DNA of 64,000 bases from Promethearchaeota archaeon (GCA_030599585.1 JAUVNS010000001.1:288001-352000); one strand, 5' to 3'. Counted from the stretch's first letter, positions 1-10,542 are shown. Program-made: numbers and translations. The notes: generated by a model not told the origin, from the sequence alone.

Positions 1-2
1 TT

Positions 3-1025
3 GCAAATATTTGTAAGGAAGTGTACGAAGGCTCTTACCCATACAAAGAGATAGAAGACCCAGAAGAAGTGAAGAAAATGATCGAAAGCCCCGAAAACCA
101 TTTTATTCTCTTTAAAATTGAGGAGGACATAGTCGGTTGTTTTCGGTGCGCGTTGGATTTTGAGCATTTTAAGGGTTACACAGGAGGTTTTATGGTTCGA
201 CAAGAATATCAAGGAATTATCGATGTTACTAAATCGATTATCGGATCTTACGCGTGGATGTGGAGTACCTATAAGGACGAAATATTAATGTGGTATTGTG
301 AGAATCGAACAGCGCACGCAGCTTCACAGTATATAACTTCTGTGTGTGGAATAAACACTGTGGCGTTCTTTCCTAACAAAGATGTCTTTTTCGATCAAGT
401 AGAATCGGATGTAATGGGTGTAGTTTTTAGAGAGAAAGCTCTTAAGGAATATCGAGAAACTCAAAAACCCCAATTAATTCGGAATGCACTCGACAGCTTC
501 CTTCACTGCGATAATATTTATCGACTCGGCGGATTTAACTTGGTTTGTCCGGACATTCAACTTAATTACGAAAAAATCGAGGTACTCCATAAATCTTTTC
601 GAAGAGATGTGATCAAGGATAAATATGGTTACCAATATAACCAATTTTTTATTACAGGAACAAAATCATATTTTTCATTTCTCCATACTCCCTGTATACA
701 GAACCTCGAGAAAACCAAATATCACGTTGAATCTTTAGAAGAACTCTATATATACTTGGAGGAATTCTTAAAAGTGATTAAAGAAAACTCAATAAGATAC
801 AGCGAAGCTTTTGTTTCTGCACTTAATCCTGAACACCAACAACTATTTTACGAGTTCGGCTTTAGAGCGAGGGGATACGTACCGTGTTGGAGTTACAAAA
901 AAGATGATAAATCTTTCGAGGATTACGTGGTGTTTAATTATTTCGAGGGTAGCGTTCCGAAAGCTACCTTACTTCCGGTCGGTCAAGATTTAGTAAACAT
1001 GTTAAACCTACAAATTAACATTTGA
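3..1025 (+). CDS. GNAT-fold (probably tandem GNAT) acyltransferase-like protein, 5' truncated by window edge
   Basis: Frame is open back to position 3 (ANICKEVYEGSYPY). GNAT motif-A-like GGFMVRQEYQG and a second GNAT-like C-terminal half (QQLFYEFGFRARGY). Confidence 0.6.
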   Translation, partial: ANICKEVYEGSYPYKEIEDPEEVKKMIESPENHFILFKIEEDIVGCFRCALDFEHFKGYTGGFMVRQEYQGIIDVTKSIIGSYAWMWSTYKDEILMWYCENRTAHAASQYITSVCGINTVAFFPNKDVFFDQVESDVMGVVFREKALKEYRETQKPQLIRNALDSFLHCDNIYRLGGFNLVCPDIQLNYEKIEVLHKSFRRDVIKDKYGYQYNQFFITGTKSYFSFLHTPCIQNLEKTKYHVESLEELYIYLEEFLKVIKENSIRYSEAFVSALNPEHQQLFYEFGFRARGYVPCWSYKKDDKSFEDYVVFNYFEGSVPKATLLPVGQDLVNMLNLQINI

Positions 1026-1069
1026 TCTCATTAACAACATTTATATATCGAATTTTATTGTTGAATTAC

Positions 1070-1642
1070 ATGGACGATATATCAAGAGACGAATATGAAA
1101 TCATAGATCTAATTTTTACATTCCTTAACACGCTGTGTATGGTCTTAACGGCATTCTTTCTTCTAAATAATCTGATAATTTCTCTTATATATAGCATTGC
1201 AGTTGTAATGTTCGCATTTGTAGTTATATACATGTGGGTAGCTCGGAACCCATTTAATATCTATCTAATTAGAGCCTTTGCTTTTAATAATTTTATCTTT
1301 TCATTTATATCGCTCATCTTTTTCTTTTCTAATTTTGCTCACGCCTTAACCGAAAATCTTGGGTACGTAGTATTCCTTTTCCCTTCAGGTTTTTATCTTT
1401 TAATTTCGTATAAATTTTCTGCAGTTACACTTCCTTATGATAAAAAGACTGGTGCTATGTTAGCCTATACTGGAAGAACTGAGGCTTCACGACTACAGTT
1501 ATTTAGAGATAATATGGAGGAAAGGAAAAATCGAGAAGAATTAGTTGCCAAACAGAAGAAAGTATTTAAATATAATTTAATCATAGTTTTAACAATATCT
1601 TTAACTCTAATTAGTCTATTAACTCTAATCTTTGGATTTTAA
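1070..1642 (+). CDS. Hypothetical multi-pass membrane protein
   Basis: ~5 hydrophobic segments. The ATG at 1070 (MDDISRDE) is a more plausible start than the TTG at 1022. Confidence 0.7.
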   Translation: MDDISRDEYEIIDLIFTFLNTLCMVLTAFFLLNNLIISLIYSIAVVMFAFVVIYMWVARNPFNIYLIRAFAFNNFIFSFISLIFFFSNFAHALTENLGYVVFLFPSGFYLLISYKFSAVTLPYDKKTGAMLAYTGRTEASRLQLFRDNMEERKNREELVAKQKKVFKYNLIIVLTISLTLISLLTLIFGF

Positions 1643-1763
1643 TTTTTTTTTTATTTAGCATTAGGAGTTATAAAATTAGTAAATTTCGTTTTTTTTCTTT
1701 AAATATAATCCATTTTGGAGAATATTATCGTTTTTAATTTAAAAAAATTAAAGTGATGAAAAA

Positions 1764-2936
1764 ATGGAAATTAGTTTAGAGAAACCCATTTCAAAAGAGT
1801 TTACTGTCGCATCAACCCGTAATATTACGGAAATTCAATATGTTTTAACTGAGCTTTTATACGTTCCTGATGAGAGATTAAAACTTGTGGTTGTATTAGA
1901 TCTTGCAGATTATCTTTTAGAGAAATTTTCGAAACCAGACTATAAGATTAGCTTTTTTTATAGCACTCAGAACGGAATCTTAACGGGATTCGTAATATGT
2001 CAAATAGACGACGAGTACAAAAGTTACGGTAAGCCGTGCCCTACTTTTGGCTGGCTCCATGCTAAAAATTATCTTTCCTGTAAGAGGCTTATGAACGAAT
2101 GTGAAAATTTCGTTCGACAGAACAACTTTCGAAAGCTTAGAGGTCCTGTGAATTATCCCAAACTTATTGGGGGAATCGGTTGGCAGACCGAAGGTTTTGC
2201 TGCTCCGATGATGAGTGGAGTAGCATATAACGATCCAGGATCAAATGCTCTAGTTTACTTAAAAGAATTAGGCTTCAAGATTGACACAAAATATTCTTGC
2301 GTAGACGCTTTCGTTAAGATTTGGTCCAAAGGAAAAGAATTAGATGAAGATATTATGCTTCGTTTTTTACCGCTCGAAGAAATAAAAGCATTGAAGGGCC
2401 AAATATTGAAATTAGCTCAACAATCTTTTTATTCCATATTAGCTGACGCTTCAGGAGGTCAATCTCGGTTTGAAGAGATAATGGAAATTTTTTACCAAGC
2501 TAGCAAAAAGGTTAAAATATTAAATCCCGGCTTCGATCCCCAGACCTACGCTGACATGCCAGGCTTTTTAGAAACTTGGAATGCAGCCGATCTCGAAAAT
2601 ATCGTCTCCACGAGCATTTTTGCTTTTGATAGAGGTTCTGGAGAGCTTGTGGGAGTATTGATGGCTCAACCAAATATGTTTCAGTTGTGGGCTGATGAAC
2701 CACTTACGCACATGAACGTTGATACGGTAATTATCAAAAAAGAATACGCTGGAAGAGGTATATTTTCTGCGCTTCATAATGTTGGTAAAACGCTATCGTC
2801 TGCTGTGTACGGGTATGATTACTATGAAGGGACAACTATTTGGGCAAACAATGACCGCGCAATTAAATCGATCTTTCCCCACAGCTCCCCACTAAGAACT
2901 CACTATGTGGTCCAGAAGCGAATCTTAAGAAAATAA
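1764..2936 (+). CDS. YghO-like tandem GNAT N-acyltransferase
   Basis: FGW..., RGPVN, GF..PMM...YN, LGF and the C-terminal VIIKKEYAGRGI, GTTIWANN motifs typical of YghO-type GNAT proteins. Confidence 0.65.
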   Translation: MEISLEKPISKEFTVASTRNITEIQYVLTELLYVPDERLKLVVVLDLADYLLEKFSKPDYKISFFYSTQNGILTGFVICQIDDEYKSYGKPCPTFGWLHAKNYLSCKRLMNECENFVRQNNFRKLRGPVNYPKLIGGIGWQTEGFAAPMMSGVAYNDPGSNALVYLKELGFKIDTKYSCVDAFVKIWSKGKELDEDIMLRFLPLEEIKALKGQILKLAQQSFYSILADASGGQSRFEEIMEIFYQASKKVKILNPGFDPQTYADMPGFLETWNAADLENIVSTSIFAFDRGSGELVGVLMAQPNMFQLWADEPLTHMNVDTVIIKKEYAGRGIFSALHNVGKTLSSAVYGYDYYEGTTIWANNDRAIKSIFPHSSPLRTHYVVQKRILRK

Positions 2937-3024
2937 AATTTTATTCTTTTTTTTCCTTTTTATATATCGACTCATTTTCGATGTAAACTAAAAAAAAATC
3001 AAAGATAAAGAGAAAATTAAAATT

Positions 3025-4710
3025 ATGACAATTGCATTAGTAAAAGTATCGTGCATCAATGATCGATTAATACCACTTGGACTTGCTTGCTTACAGGCAT
3101 TTCTTAAGCACAATTTAATTCCAGTAAAGATTTTTAATTTTAGAACATCTGATTACACCCTACCTAAAGTTGTTTTTGATCCACTTATCCAGTTGAACCT
3201 AACCAATTTTATTGTGAACCATCAAGATATACCGCTTTTAATCCCTATTACGAACGATATTCTAAACAATCGGGAAGTAAACATAAGTGAGGGTTTGTAT
3301 CCAGATATCTTAAAGGATTATTCTCTGAGAATGTTCGAAAATCCCGATACGACAAAAAGCCGATTTGAAAGTATGATAAATTATTGTAAAAACACAGTTC
3401 TGGATGCGTTAAAAGAGTTTGATACACTTGGTTTCTCGCTAAACTATCTAAACATTTCTGAAACTGTTATCTCAACTTGCTTCTTAAAACTACACAATCC
3501 TAAATGTAAAATAATATGGGGCGGTCCCACCATCACGCAATCTTACGATGCCTTTAAAATATTCCTCGATAATGGTATTTGCGATGGGTTAGTTATAGGA
3601 GAAGGTGAAAAGCCATTATTGGATATTGCTCGTGGAAACGATTTAAAGGGAATTAAAGGAGTAATGAGCATAAATGAGAAAGGCATAGTTCAGTTTTCTA
3701 AGGGAGAACAAATCGATTTGGATTTACTACCCACACCAGATTATACCGATATTCCATTGGACACCTATTATCAAATCGCCTCAACATACCGATCACGCGG
3801 GTGTACGAATAGATGTAAATTTTGTGCGGAGTGGAAACTGTTTGGACCTCGATTTAGAACTCGTTCGATCGAAAAAGTCGTTCGAGATATAGAAAAAATA
3901 GTTCAAAATCACAAACCAGGGTATATGTTATTTGGAGAATCGTTAATAAACGACGATTTAGACTATTTCGAGCAGTTATGTGACGCTTTAATCGATAAAA
4001 ACTTAGATATTAAGTTTGGTACGCACTTTAGGGCCAATATCACTCCAGGTCTAGCTAAGAAAGCGAAACTAGCGGGATTCGAGGACGCTTGGGTGGGATT
4101 TGAGGCGTTTTCTGACGAAGATTTAAAAGAAATGAACAAAGGAACGAGCGTGTATCAAAACATGGAAACGATCGAGAACTTAACTCAAGCAGGCGTGAAT
4201 GTTATTGCGATGTTAGTAGTTGGGTTCAGTGATCTTGACACAGAATTAAAGAACAGCGAAAATGTGGTTAACACAATAGAATATTATTCCAACAAGAAAC
4301 GTAAAACCGAAGATGGCAATCAGGTTCAGCTCCCAATACAATTTCGCCCAGCTCCCATATATCTCGTGCCAGGTTCGTTGGATTATCAAAATAAAATAAT
4401 ATCTGACACGAAGCCATGGAAATGTACTGTAGTATCGAAACAAAATCAACTCGAGATTAAAAATCTTGAACGCGAACTAAACACAATTCCATACACATTT
4501 GAGCGCCCTATACCTAATCAAAAAGTCGCACAGTTTATACAAATAATACAAGACGCAGATCGAAAAGCAGGGTTTACTATTGGTGGGGTCACGAAATATG
4601 TCATTGATTATACGATGGAAGAACGCAGAAAAAACCGTAAAGCGCGAAAAATACAGAGAATTGGAGTGTCTGCTCAACGACTTGAACAAGATGTTGATCT
4701 GCAAATCTAA
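3025..4710 (+). CDS. B12-binding domain radical SAM protein (class B methyltransferase-like)
   Basis: PLGLACL, WGGPTIT and IGEGE cobalamin-domain motifs; SRGCTNRCKFC CxxxCxxC motif. Confidence 0.9.
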   Translation: MTIALVKVSCINDRLIPLGLACLQAFLKHNLIPVKIFNFRTSDYTLPKVVFDPLIQLNLTNFIVNHQDIPLLIPITNDILNNREVNISEGLYPDILKDYSLRMFENPDTTKSRFESMINYCKNTVLDALKEFDTLGFSLNYLNISETVISTCFLKLHNPKCKIIWGGPTITQSYDAFKIFLDNGICDGLVIGEGEKPLLDIARGNDLKGIKGVMSINEKGIVQFSKGEQIDLDLLPTPDYTDIPLDTYYQIASTYRSRGCTNRCKFCAEWKLFGPRFRTRSIEKVVRDIEKIVQNHKPGYMLFGESLINDDLDYFEQLCDALIDKNLDIKFGTHFRANITPGLAKKAKLAGFEDAWVGFEAFSDEDLKEMNKGTSVYQNMETIENLTQAGVNVIAMLVVGFSDLDTELKNSENVVNTIEYYSNKKRKTEDGNQVQLPIQFRPAPIYLVPGSLDYQNKIISDTKPWKCTVVSKQNQLEIKNLERELNTIPYTFERPIPNQKVAQFIQIIQDADRKAGFTIGGVTKYVIDYTMEERRKNRKARKIQRIGVSAQRLEQDVDLQI

Positions 4711-4795
4711 TTCTTATTTGAAAAAAAAATATAACTCAAGAGCTATCACTAAAAATTTAAATAAAAATCTATCATTATCAAAATTGGTTATAAAG

Positions 4796-5194
4796 ATGTC
4801 GAAACCAACAAAAGAAGACGCAGCATTGTTACTCCAATTATTGTCGGTATTTGCTGCGAACGAAAAAAATAATATAGCTGCCAACTGGGTCTTTGAAAAA
4901 CTTCACGAAAAGGATTACGATGATTTCAAAACCAAGTATCCAATGGGAAGTGAAGGATATAAAAACCTCGCAAGATTTGCTAGCAATGGAGAACTTATAG
5001 GTACGCTTGTTAACCAGGAACTTCTTAGTGAAGATCTAGTTTTTGATTTATGGGGTGGGATGCTTTGGGAAAAAGTTGAACCAATTCTTCTTGGTATGCG
5101 AAAAGAAGCAAATATGCCTAGATTATACGAAAACTATGAAGTTTGCGCTAAGAAATATCAAACTTGGGCCGAGAAAAATCCTCCTAAAGTTTAA
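4796..5194 (+). CDS. DUF4760-like hypothetical protein
   Basis: True start likely MSKPTKEDAALLLQL at 4796. ELIGTLV...EDLVFD...WEK...R..ENYE pattern resembles DUF4760. Confidence 0.55.
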   Translation: MSKPTKEDAALLLQLLSVFAANEKNNIAANWVFEKLHEKDYDDFKTKYPMGSEGYKNLARFASNGELIGTLVNQELLSEDLVFDLWGGMLWEKVEPILLGMRKEANMPRLYENYEVCAKKYQTWAEKNPPKV

Positions 5195-5325
5195 AAATTC
5201 AATATTAAAGAAATTCTTTTTTTTTTTTTTATCAAAATTAATTTAATTCTTTGAATGGTATAAATTTATTAAGCGTAAATTTATTTTCATTATTGCTATA
5301 TTTCTTATTTAGGTGATATGATTAA

Positions 5326-5586
5326 ATGGATGAAATTACGGGAATTCTTAGCGTTAAAATTGCACGAGTCGGAACCAAATCTGAAGGGCCTGATTATTAT
5401 ATTAAACCTCTGGATGATTATGCAAATAGATGGTCAGAAATTCTTGTATGGAAAAAAACTCATTTATGGGAGAACGATCCTGGATTGCATAAGTTTATAG
5501 ATAAAAAAGTGCTAATACTTGGCGAGATAATTGAAACAAAGAGTACAATTACCGTTGAGTATGAATTCGTTGAAGTTTTAGATTGA
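5326..5586 (+). CDS. Small hypothetical protein, possible OB-fold
   Basis: 86-aa beta-rich ORF (GTKSEG..., KVLILGEI) preceded by an AGGTGA SD-like sequence. Confidence 0.6.
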   Translation: MDEITGILSVKIARVGTKSEGPDYYIKPLDDYANRWSEILVWKKTHLWENDPGLHKFIDKKVLILGEIIETKSTITVEYEFVEVLD

Positions 5587-5640
5587 ATATTTATTTTATT
5601 CAAACCAAAGATGTAAAGAACTGAAAAATAGCTTAAAAGA

Positions 5641-5865
5641 TTAAGCTTTTATTTTTTTGAGTTTATGAAATTTATTTGAGTAATTTTCTTTATAAGTTGA
5701 ACCTTGTTTAGTTTTACGTTCTCTCAGAATTTCCTTTACCATTGCTGCACTTCCACCCTTTAAAAACAATTTAATGAATTTTAACTCGTTCACGCTTATA
5801 TTTAGCGATTGTAAAAATTCGGGGTGCCGATAATTCCCCCATTCTATATTTCGATTTTTTTTCAA
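5641..5865 (-). CDS. Small basic hypothetical protein
   Basis: 74-aa ORF overlapping the upstream ORF by 4 nt; no recognisable motif. Confidence 0.35.
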   Translation of the reverse strand: MKKNRNIEWGNYRHPEFLQSLNISVNELKFIKLFLKGGSAAMVKEILRERKTKQGSTYKENYSNKFHKLKKIKA

Positions 5866-6050
5866 GTAATTAACCTCTTTTTTGCGTATTTTTTCACCAT
5901 TTTATCCCAATTAACCGAATCAAGACAGCTGGGCATTAGAAAATCGCCTATTGAGGGCGAAATTCTGTTCGATTGGAAATTTTCTTCATAGATATAGCTA
6001 AAATTATTATCTTGATCAATATTCTGTTTGTAGATATCTAAACACCTCAT
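5862..6050 (-). CDS. Small hypothetical protein
   Basis: 62-aa ATG ORF filling an otherwise empty gap. Confidence 0.35.
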   Translation of the reverse strand: MRCLDIYKQNIDQDNNFSYIYEENFQSNRISPSIGDFLMPSCLDSVNWDKMVKKYAKKRLIT

Positions 6051-6228
6051 ATTTTTTAATATTAAATAAGCTTGAGTAGTTAAATATCTAAAATTATGAA
6101 GTTATTTAAAGAAAAAGTGTAATTTCTTAATTTTTTCCAAATCTGATGCGTGATTTTTCTTTTATATATCACTATTTTATCGAATATTTAAAACGAAAAC
6201 ATCCTCAATAACTAATTTCTTCGTATCT

Positions 6229-6582
6229 ATGATGATCTGTGAATACTGTGGTGAATCATTCAAGATTCAGGGCTCTGAAAAAAAATTAGTAGAGCATGTG
6301 AATATAGCGCAAAAAACTAGAAGACATTGCTTCTGTTCACTTAGATGTAAAGATAAATGGTCTCTTCAAGTTCAAAATAGGAAATCACGAATGCTTGTTA
6401 TTTGGGCAATAGGCTCTTATTTAGATAAGTATTTTTTCCTCAAAAAACTCATGAAAGTACGTAGCCCGTCATTATTGGGTTCAGAGACAAAAAAAACGTA
6501 TTTCAAATCTAATTTCGACGAGATAGAAACGTTGGAATTGATTAAATCTAACGGTAAAAAGGTTTTAAAAGTAAAGACTTAA
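6229..6582 (+). CDS. TRASH/MYM(FCS)-type zinc-finger protein
   Basis: CEYC...FCSLRC treble-clef motif. Confidence 0.6.
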   Translation: MMICEYCGESFKIQGSEKKLVEHVNIAQKTRRHCFCSLRCKDKWSLQVQNRKSRMLVIWAIGSYLDKYFFLKKLMKVRSPSLLGSETKKTYFKSNFDEIETLELIKSNGKKVLKVKT

Positions 6583-6586
6583 TTCA

Positions 6587-6877
6587 TTACTTTCGAGGTT
6601 CGATATGCTCGAGGGATGAGAGATAGCTCAACGAGAAATCGTGGTAACCGTCTTTAGAAGGGGATCTTCTTCCTTCCGCTCGAATATAATGTCCAACGCG
6701 AGGTAAAAATCCGTATGAATTTATTTTTGAAGCATTAACTAATACTGAATACATTTCGATTCCCACGCGAACGGTTAATGACATATAACCATAAGTGTAG
6801 GCTCGAGAAATGCGCTTCTCACCCCCCCTGACTTCTACAATTCGTCCTTCAATTGTAGTTTTTCCCTTAAACGACAT
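6587..6877 (-). CDS. Small OB-fold protein
   Basis: IEGRIVEV...PRVGHYIRAEG OB-fold pattern; start set at MSFKGK (6877). Confidence 0.55.
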   Translation of the reverse strand: MSFKGKTTIEGRIVEVRGGEKRISRAYTYGYMSLTVRVGIEMYSVLVNASKINSYGFLPRVGHYIRAEGRRSPSKDGYHDFSLSYLSSLEHIEPRK

Positions 6878-6884
6878 ATTTGGG

Positions 6885-7277
6885 TTAGAAAAAGGGACCA
6901 AATTTTTTATAGACTCGAATTAAATTGTCGCGATAAAACTGTATTTTTTCGTCGTGAGGGTTTTTTTCAGCTGCAGCCTTCATGATCTCTTCCGCTTTTT
7001 CTAGTTCACCTTTATCTAAAAAAGTGATCGTAAGTAATCCCCACGCTTCTATAAGAGTGTTGTTTAATTCTGTAGCGGTTTCAAAACTAGTAATTGCGAC
7101 ATCTAACTTGCCAATACGACGGTTGACGATACCCAAGTAAAGCCAAGCTTGATCGTTCGAAGGATCTCTATCCAAAAGCTTATTTACGGCTGATAACGCT
7201 TTATCGTTGTCTTGCTCAGCCAAATATTTGTTGACGAGCTCAAAAACTTCGTTGTTCTTAATTTCATCTAGTGCCAT
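6885..7277 (-). CDS. Tetratricopeptide repeat protein
   Basis: AWLYLG...A...F..A and AWGLL TPR consensus, ~3 repeats. Confidence 0.85.
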   Translation of the reverse strand: MALDEIKNNEVFELVNKYLAEQDNDKALSAVNKLLDRDPSNDQAWLYLGIVNRRIGKLDVAITSFETATELNNTLIEAWGLLTITFLDKGELEKAEEIMKAAAEKNPHDEKIQFYRDNLIRVYKKFGPFF

Positions 7278-7432
7278 GCTATTCAAAGCTTTTTGTAATT
7301 GTTTTTGTTACGTTATGTTAATTGTAACTTACTTATGCAAACTTATAAAGATATAATATTAAATCTTTATAAAAAAAAAGTATACGATTAGAATAACACA
7401 ACAAATCAAGTTCGAGTATCTAAAAAGTTAGG

Positions 7433-7684
7433 TTAAAATAGCTCAGGATGCTTTTTCTCGATATTATTGAGAGTCGACACGAGATCGTAGAGAAGTTTTT
7501 CATCCTGACAAAGGTTTATTGACTCAGATAACTTATTGAGAAGTGAGTTCGCAATATTTTTTTCAAATTCAGTAAGATTTGGGGATTTATTTTGGAATAT
7601 CTCGTCAAATTCTGTTTCAAACCAATATAAGTGTTGTTGGAATTCTTCTTTTTGCAGACTTTCACTATTATAGTTAAGAAACAT
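7433..7684 (-). CDS. Hypothetical helical protein
   Basis: ORF with normal codon usage; start probably MFLNYN. Confidence 0.55.
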   Translation of the reverse strand: MFLNYNSESLQKEEFQQHLYWFETEFDEIFQNKSPNLTEFEKNIANSLLNKLSESINLCQDEKLLYDLVSTLNNIEKKHPELF

Positions 7685-7987
7685 ATGTCTCCTCAATTTT
7701 ACTTTTAGAAAATTATATTGAACTACAATAATAGTTATAAAACTTATTTAAAAACTTAAGTATCTCTGCGGGTTTTCTAATATGTCCTAAGACAAAAGGG
7801 AAAATACGTATAAAATTAAAGAAGGTAAATAAGTCGGATTGGGAATCTCGAATAATCTAAAAATTAGAGCGCCAGTTCGCAACTTTAAATATATTTGTAG
7901 AATAATAATATTTTTGTCGAAGCTTAGAATAAAAAACAAAAAAAAGTGTTTTAATATTGTATTTTGTATCTAGAATTATTATGGTGG

Positions 7988-8398
7988 TTAGTTAACTAGA
8001 ATGTCTAGTGATACTAATCCAAAAATAGAACCAAATAAGATTGCTATTATGAAGAGAATTACTTGAATAACTAAAATTAATTGAATAGATTCTCCTCTAT
8101 CCTTCTTATAATACCTCATAGCTAATATAACACCTACAATCGTATTTATAATCAACCTCATATAGTCGATGAATAGAGTATCTCCAGCGAAGAATGATAG
8201 TGGAATACCGATTGCGAGAGTAATTATTAACCATATTATGTTAATCTTCAAAGGAATGCTAAAGGAATCGTCCCACTTCTTTGAACTAGCATACATTTGC
8301 ATAATATAAGTGCCTGCGATAAATAAAATGAGTGATGTCGCAAGATATGAAATCAATACAAAAGTAATTACCGTAGCATAATCTAATTGAAAAATCAT
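7988..8398 (-). CDS. Hypothetical 4-TM membrane protein
   Basis: Four hydrophobic segments. Confidence 0.7.
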   Translation of the reverse strand: MIFQLDYATVITFVLISYLATSLILFIAGTYIMQMYASSKKWDDSFSIPLKINIIWLIITLAIGIPLSFFAGDTLFIDYMRLIINTIVGVILAMRYYKKDRGESIQLILVIQVILFIIAILFGSIFGLVSLDILVN

Positions 8399-8531
8399 TG
8401 TTATTTCCTAATTTATAGTTTAATAGATAATCAACTGAAATTTTTACCTTATTTATAGTTTTTATTTATAAAAAAAGTTCTGCCATTAAGAACATAAATG
8501 GTTTATAAACATCCAAACTAAGATATTAAGA

Positions 8532-8553
8532 TCGTGAAAGCACACTTTCACGA
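8532..8553 (-). terminator. Perfect 9-bp hairpin next to a T-tract, downstream of the ATC-hydrolase gene
   Basis: TCGTGAAAG-CACA-CTTTCACGA, 12 nt after the stop at 8566. Confidence 0.45.
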
Positions 8554-8565
8554 AGAAAAAAAGTA

Positions 8566-9342
8566 TTATTTATCTTGAAACGATTCAGCATTAAACTCCT
8601 TCAGATCGTCCGGTGGCCATGCACGAGGTGTTTTGTAATTTTTTACGAATCTGTGCGTACAAAGCGGAGCACCAAATCCAAGAGCCTGAGTCCGAGAAAA
8701 ACCAAATCCTAAACCTTCAGCTTCGTAGTAATCTCCTAGGCAAATGAACGGAAGATATTTCTCGTCACCTAACTTCTTATAGGCTTTTTGAACACCACAT
8801 TCCGTAATGTCCCAGCCCCATTCAAAAGTATCTCCTTCTCCCTTACTCTCTATGAAATCCATTACCCAATCGTCTGGATAGAGGTTCATTTGCGTATCTT
8901 CAGTTAATTTTTTTTGGTAATCCCTATAAACAGGATCGAAAGGGTATTCGGATGGGTCTCTTCCCGCCTTTTCTAGAGCTTCTTTTCTTAGTTTAAGGGC
9001 TGTCATTACATAATTATAATGAAATTCTCCGATTTCTCTGAATGAAAATCCTTCTTTTTCTAATGTGCGAAATATAGCGAGATCAGACATGCATTTTACA
9101 AGGACTAAAGTGAGAGGACTCTTTTGTCCACCAATATAGGGAATATCGGGTAAAATCTTCTCGAATTCCTCCTTCATTTGATTTAATAGTTCTTCGGATT
9201 TCTTGTCGTCAAATTTCTTGCAAAGTTCCTCATTTACTACAGTTAAACGCTCGTCAAAGCTCCTCAAGAATTTTGATTTCTTTCTAATGTAAAAATCATC
9301 CACGATTTTAGCTACCATACTTATTATTTTAGGATCACACAT
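8566..9342 (-). CDS. L-2-amino-thiazoline-4-carboxylic acid hydrolase (ATC hydrolase)-family protein
   Basis: IPYIGG, ITECG, FIC..DY and FSRTQALGFGAPLCTHRF family motifs. Confidence 0.8.
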   Translation of the reverse strand: MCDPKIISMVAKIVDDFYIRKKSKFLRSFDERLTVVNEELCKKFDDKKSEELLNQMKEEFEKILPDIPYIGGQKSPLTLVLVKCMSDLAIFRTLEKEGFSFREIGEFHYNYVMTALKLRKEALEKAGRDPSEYPFDPVYRDYQKKLTEDTQMNLYPDDWVMDFIESKGEGDTFEWGWDITECGVQKAYKKLGDEKYLPFICLGDYYEAEGLGFGFSRTQALGFGAPLCTHRFVKNYKTPRAWPPDDLKEFNAESFQDK

Positions 9343-9356
9343 TATAAACTATAACA

Positions 9357-10346
9357 TTGACGAAGGAAAAAATTGTAGATTCTGTCCTTGATGCTAATAG
9401 AAAACAGGAAATCATAGCATATCTTTTATTGATTTTAACTACGATTATCTGGGGATTTACATGGCCTTTAGGGCGATGGTTAGTCTCAGAGGAAGTTGGA
9501 GGTGATACTATCCCTCCCTTTATGATTGCGGTGATTCGGTATTTCCTAGCCGTAATTTGTTTTTTTTTTATTCTTAGATTCAAGGAAGGAACTTTAAACT
9601 GGCATTTTGCTAAAAAGAACTGGAAGATTTTAAGTTTAATGGGACTGTTATCGGTGACAATTTATCAAGCGGGTTATTTAATTGGAGAGCTTCTTACCAG
9701 TGCGAGCGATGCCAGTATAATGGTGGCAACAAATGCAGTTTGGGTAATAATCATTTCAAGTGCTTTCTTAAAAACTGAACGATTTGCGTGGAGAAAGATG
9801 GTTGGTTCGTTATTAGCATTCACTGCAGTAGTCATTGTTGTAGGGTTTTCTCCGAATGTAAATGTTGAGAATAGAATTCTGGGGGATATTATGATACTAC
9901 TGGGGGCATTTGCATACGCCACTTATACGGTTATTTCCCGGTTTTTCTTGAATAAAACTCGCGAAGATACTGAATCCTATCAACCAAGCTCTATTTGGAT
10001 CATGACCTGGATTTCCTTGTTTGGATTTTTGATAACCACTCCGATCGCATTAGCTATTAGTCCAGAATTCTTAATTCCAGCAACATATTTAACCATTCCA
10101 CCTAGAATCTGGATAGGTATCTCGTATCTAGCATTTATCTCTACGATTGGGGCATATACATTCTACTTAGAAGGAGTTAAACGGTTGAATGCTAGTAGAG
10201 CAGCTATTTTTCAAGCTTTGGTTCCATTATTTGGGGTACTTTTCTCTGCAATATTTTTGCTCGAAGAATTTGATGTAGTTGTTTATCCTGTTGCCCTATT
10301 ATTGGTTATCTTAGGAATTATTCTGGTGAATTTAAAAAAAAATTAG
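9357..10346 (+). CDS. DMT/EamA family transporter
   Basis: IWG...RY, 10 TM segments, two EamA repeats, LKTER and GD...L. Confidence 0.9.
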   Translation: MTKEKIVDSVLDANRKQEIIAYLLLILTTIIWGFTWPLGRWLVSEEVGGDTIPPFMIAVIRYFLAVICFFFILRFKEGTLNWHFAKKNWKILSLMGLLSVTIYQAGYLIGELLTSASDASIMVATNAVWVIIISSAFLKTERFAWRKMVGSLLAFTAVVIVVGFSPNVNVENRILGDIMILLGAFAYATYTVISRFFLNKTREDTESYQPSSIWIMTWISLFGFLITTPIALAISPEFLIPATYLTIPPRIWIGISYLAFISTIGAYTFYLEGVKRLNASRAAIFQALVPLFGVLFSAIFLLEEFDVVVYPVALLLVILGIILVNLKKN

Positions 10347-10542
10347 AGTAAGCAAAATATTAACAGGGATTAGGAAAACCAAAAATAGCCTTATTGTAAA
10401 TATCGAAAATCAGATAAAAATTCCAATCTAAGCCTTACATTTATGTATAGATTTAACTCTTTTTAAACTAAATATCTATACATTTATATTAACGGAAGTT
10501 GATGAATGCCTAACAAAAATTTATAAAAAAAGAGGAAAAATC

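Noticed and set aside
4580-4795. N-terminal extension of the 4580-5194 ORF
   Set aside because: It overlaps the radical SAM gene and crosses AT-rich intergenic DNA; the ATG at 4796 is the better start.
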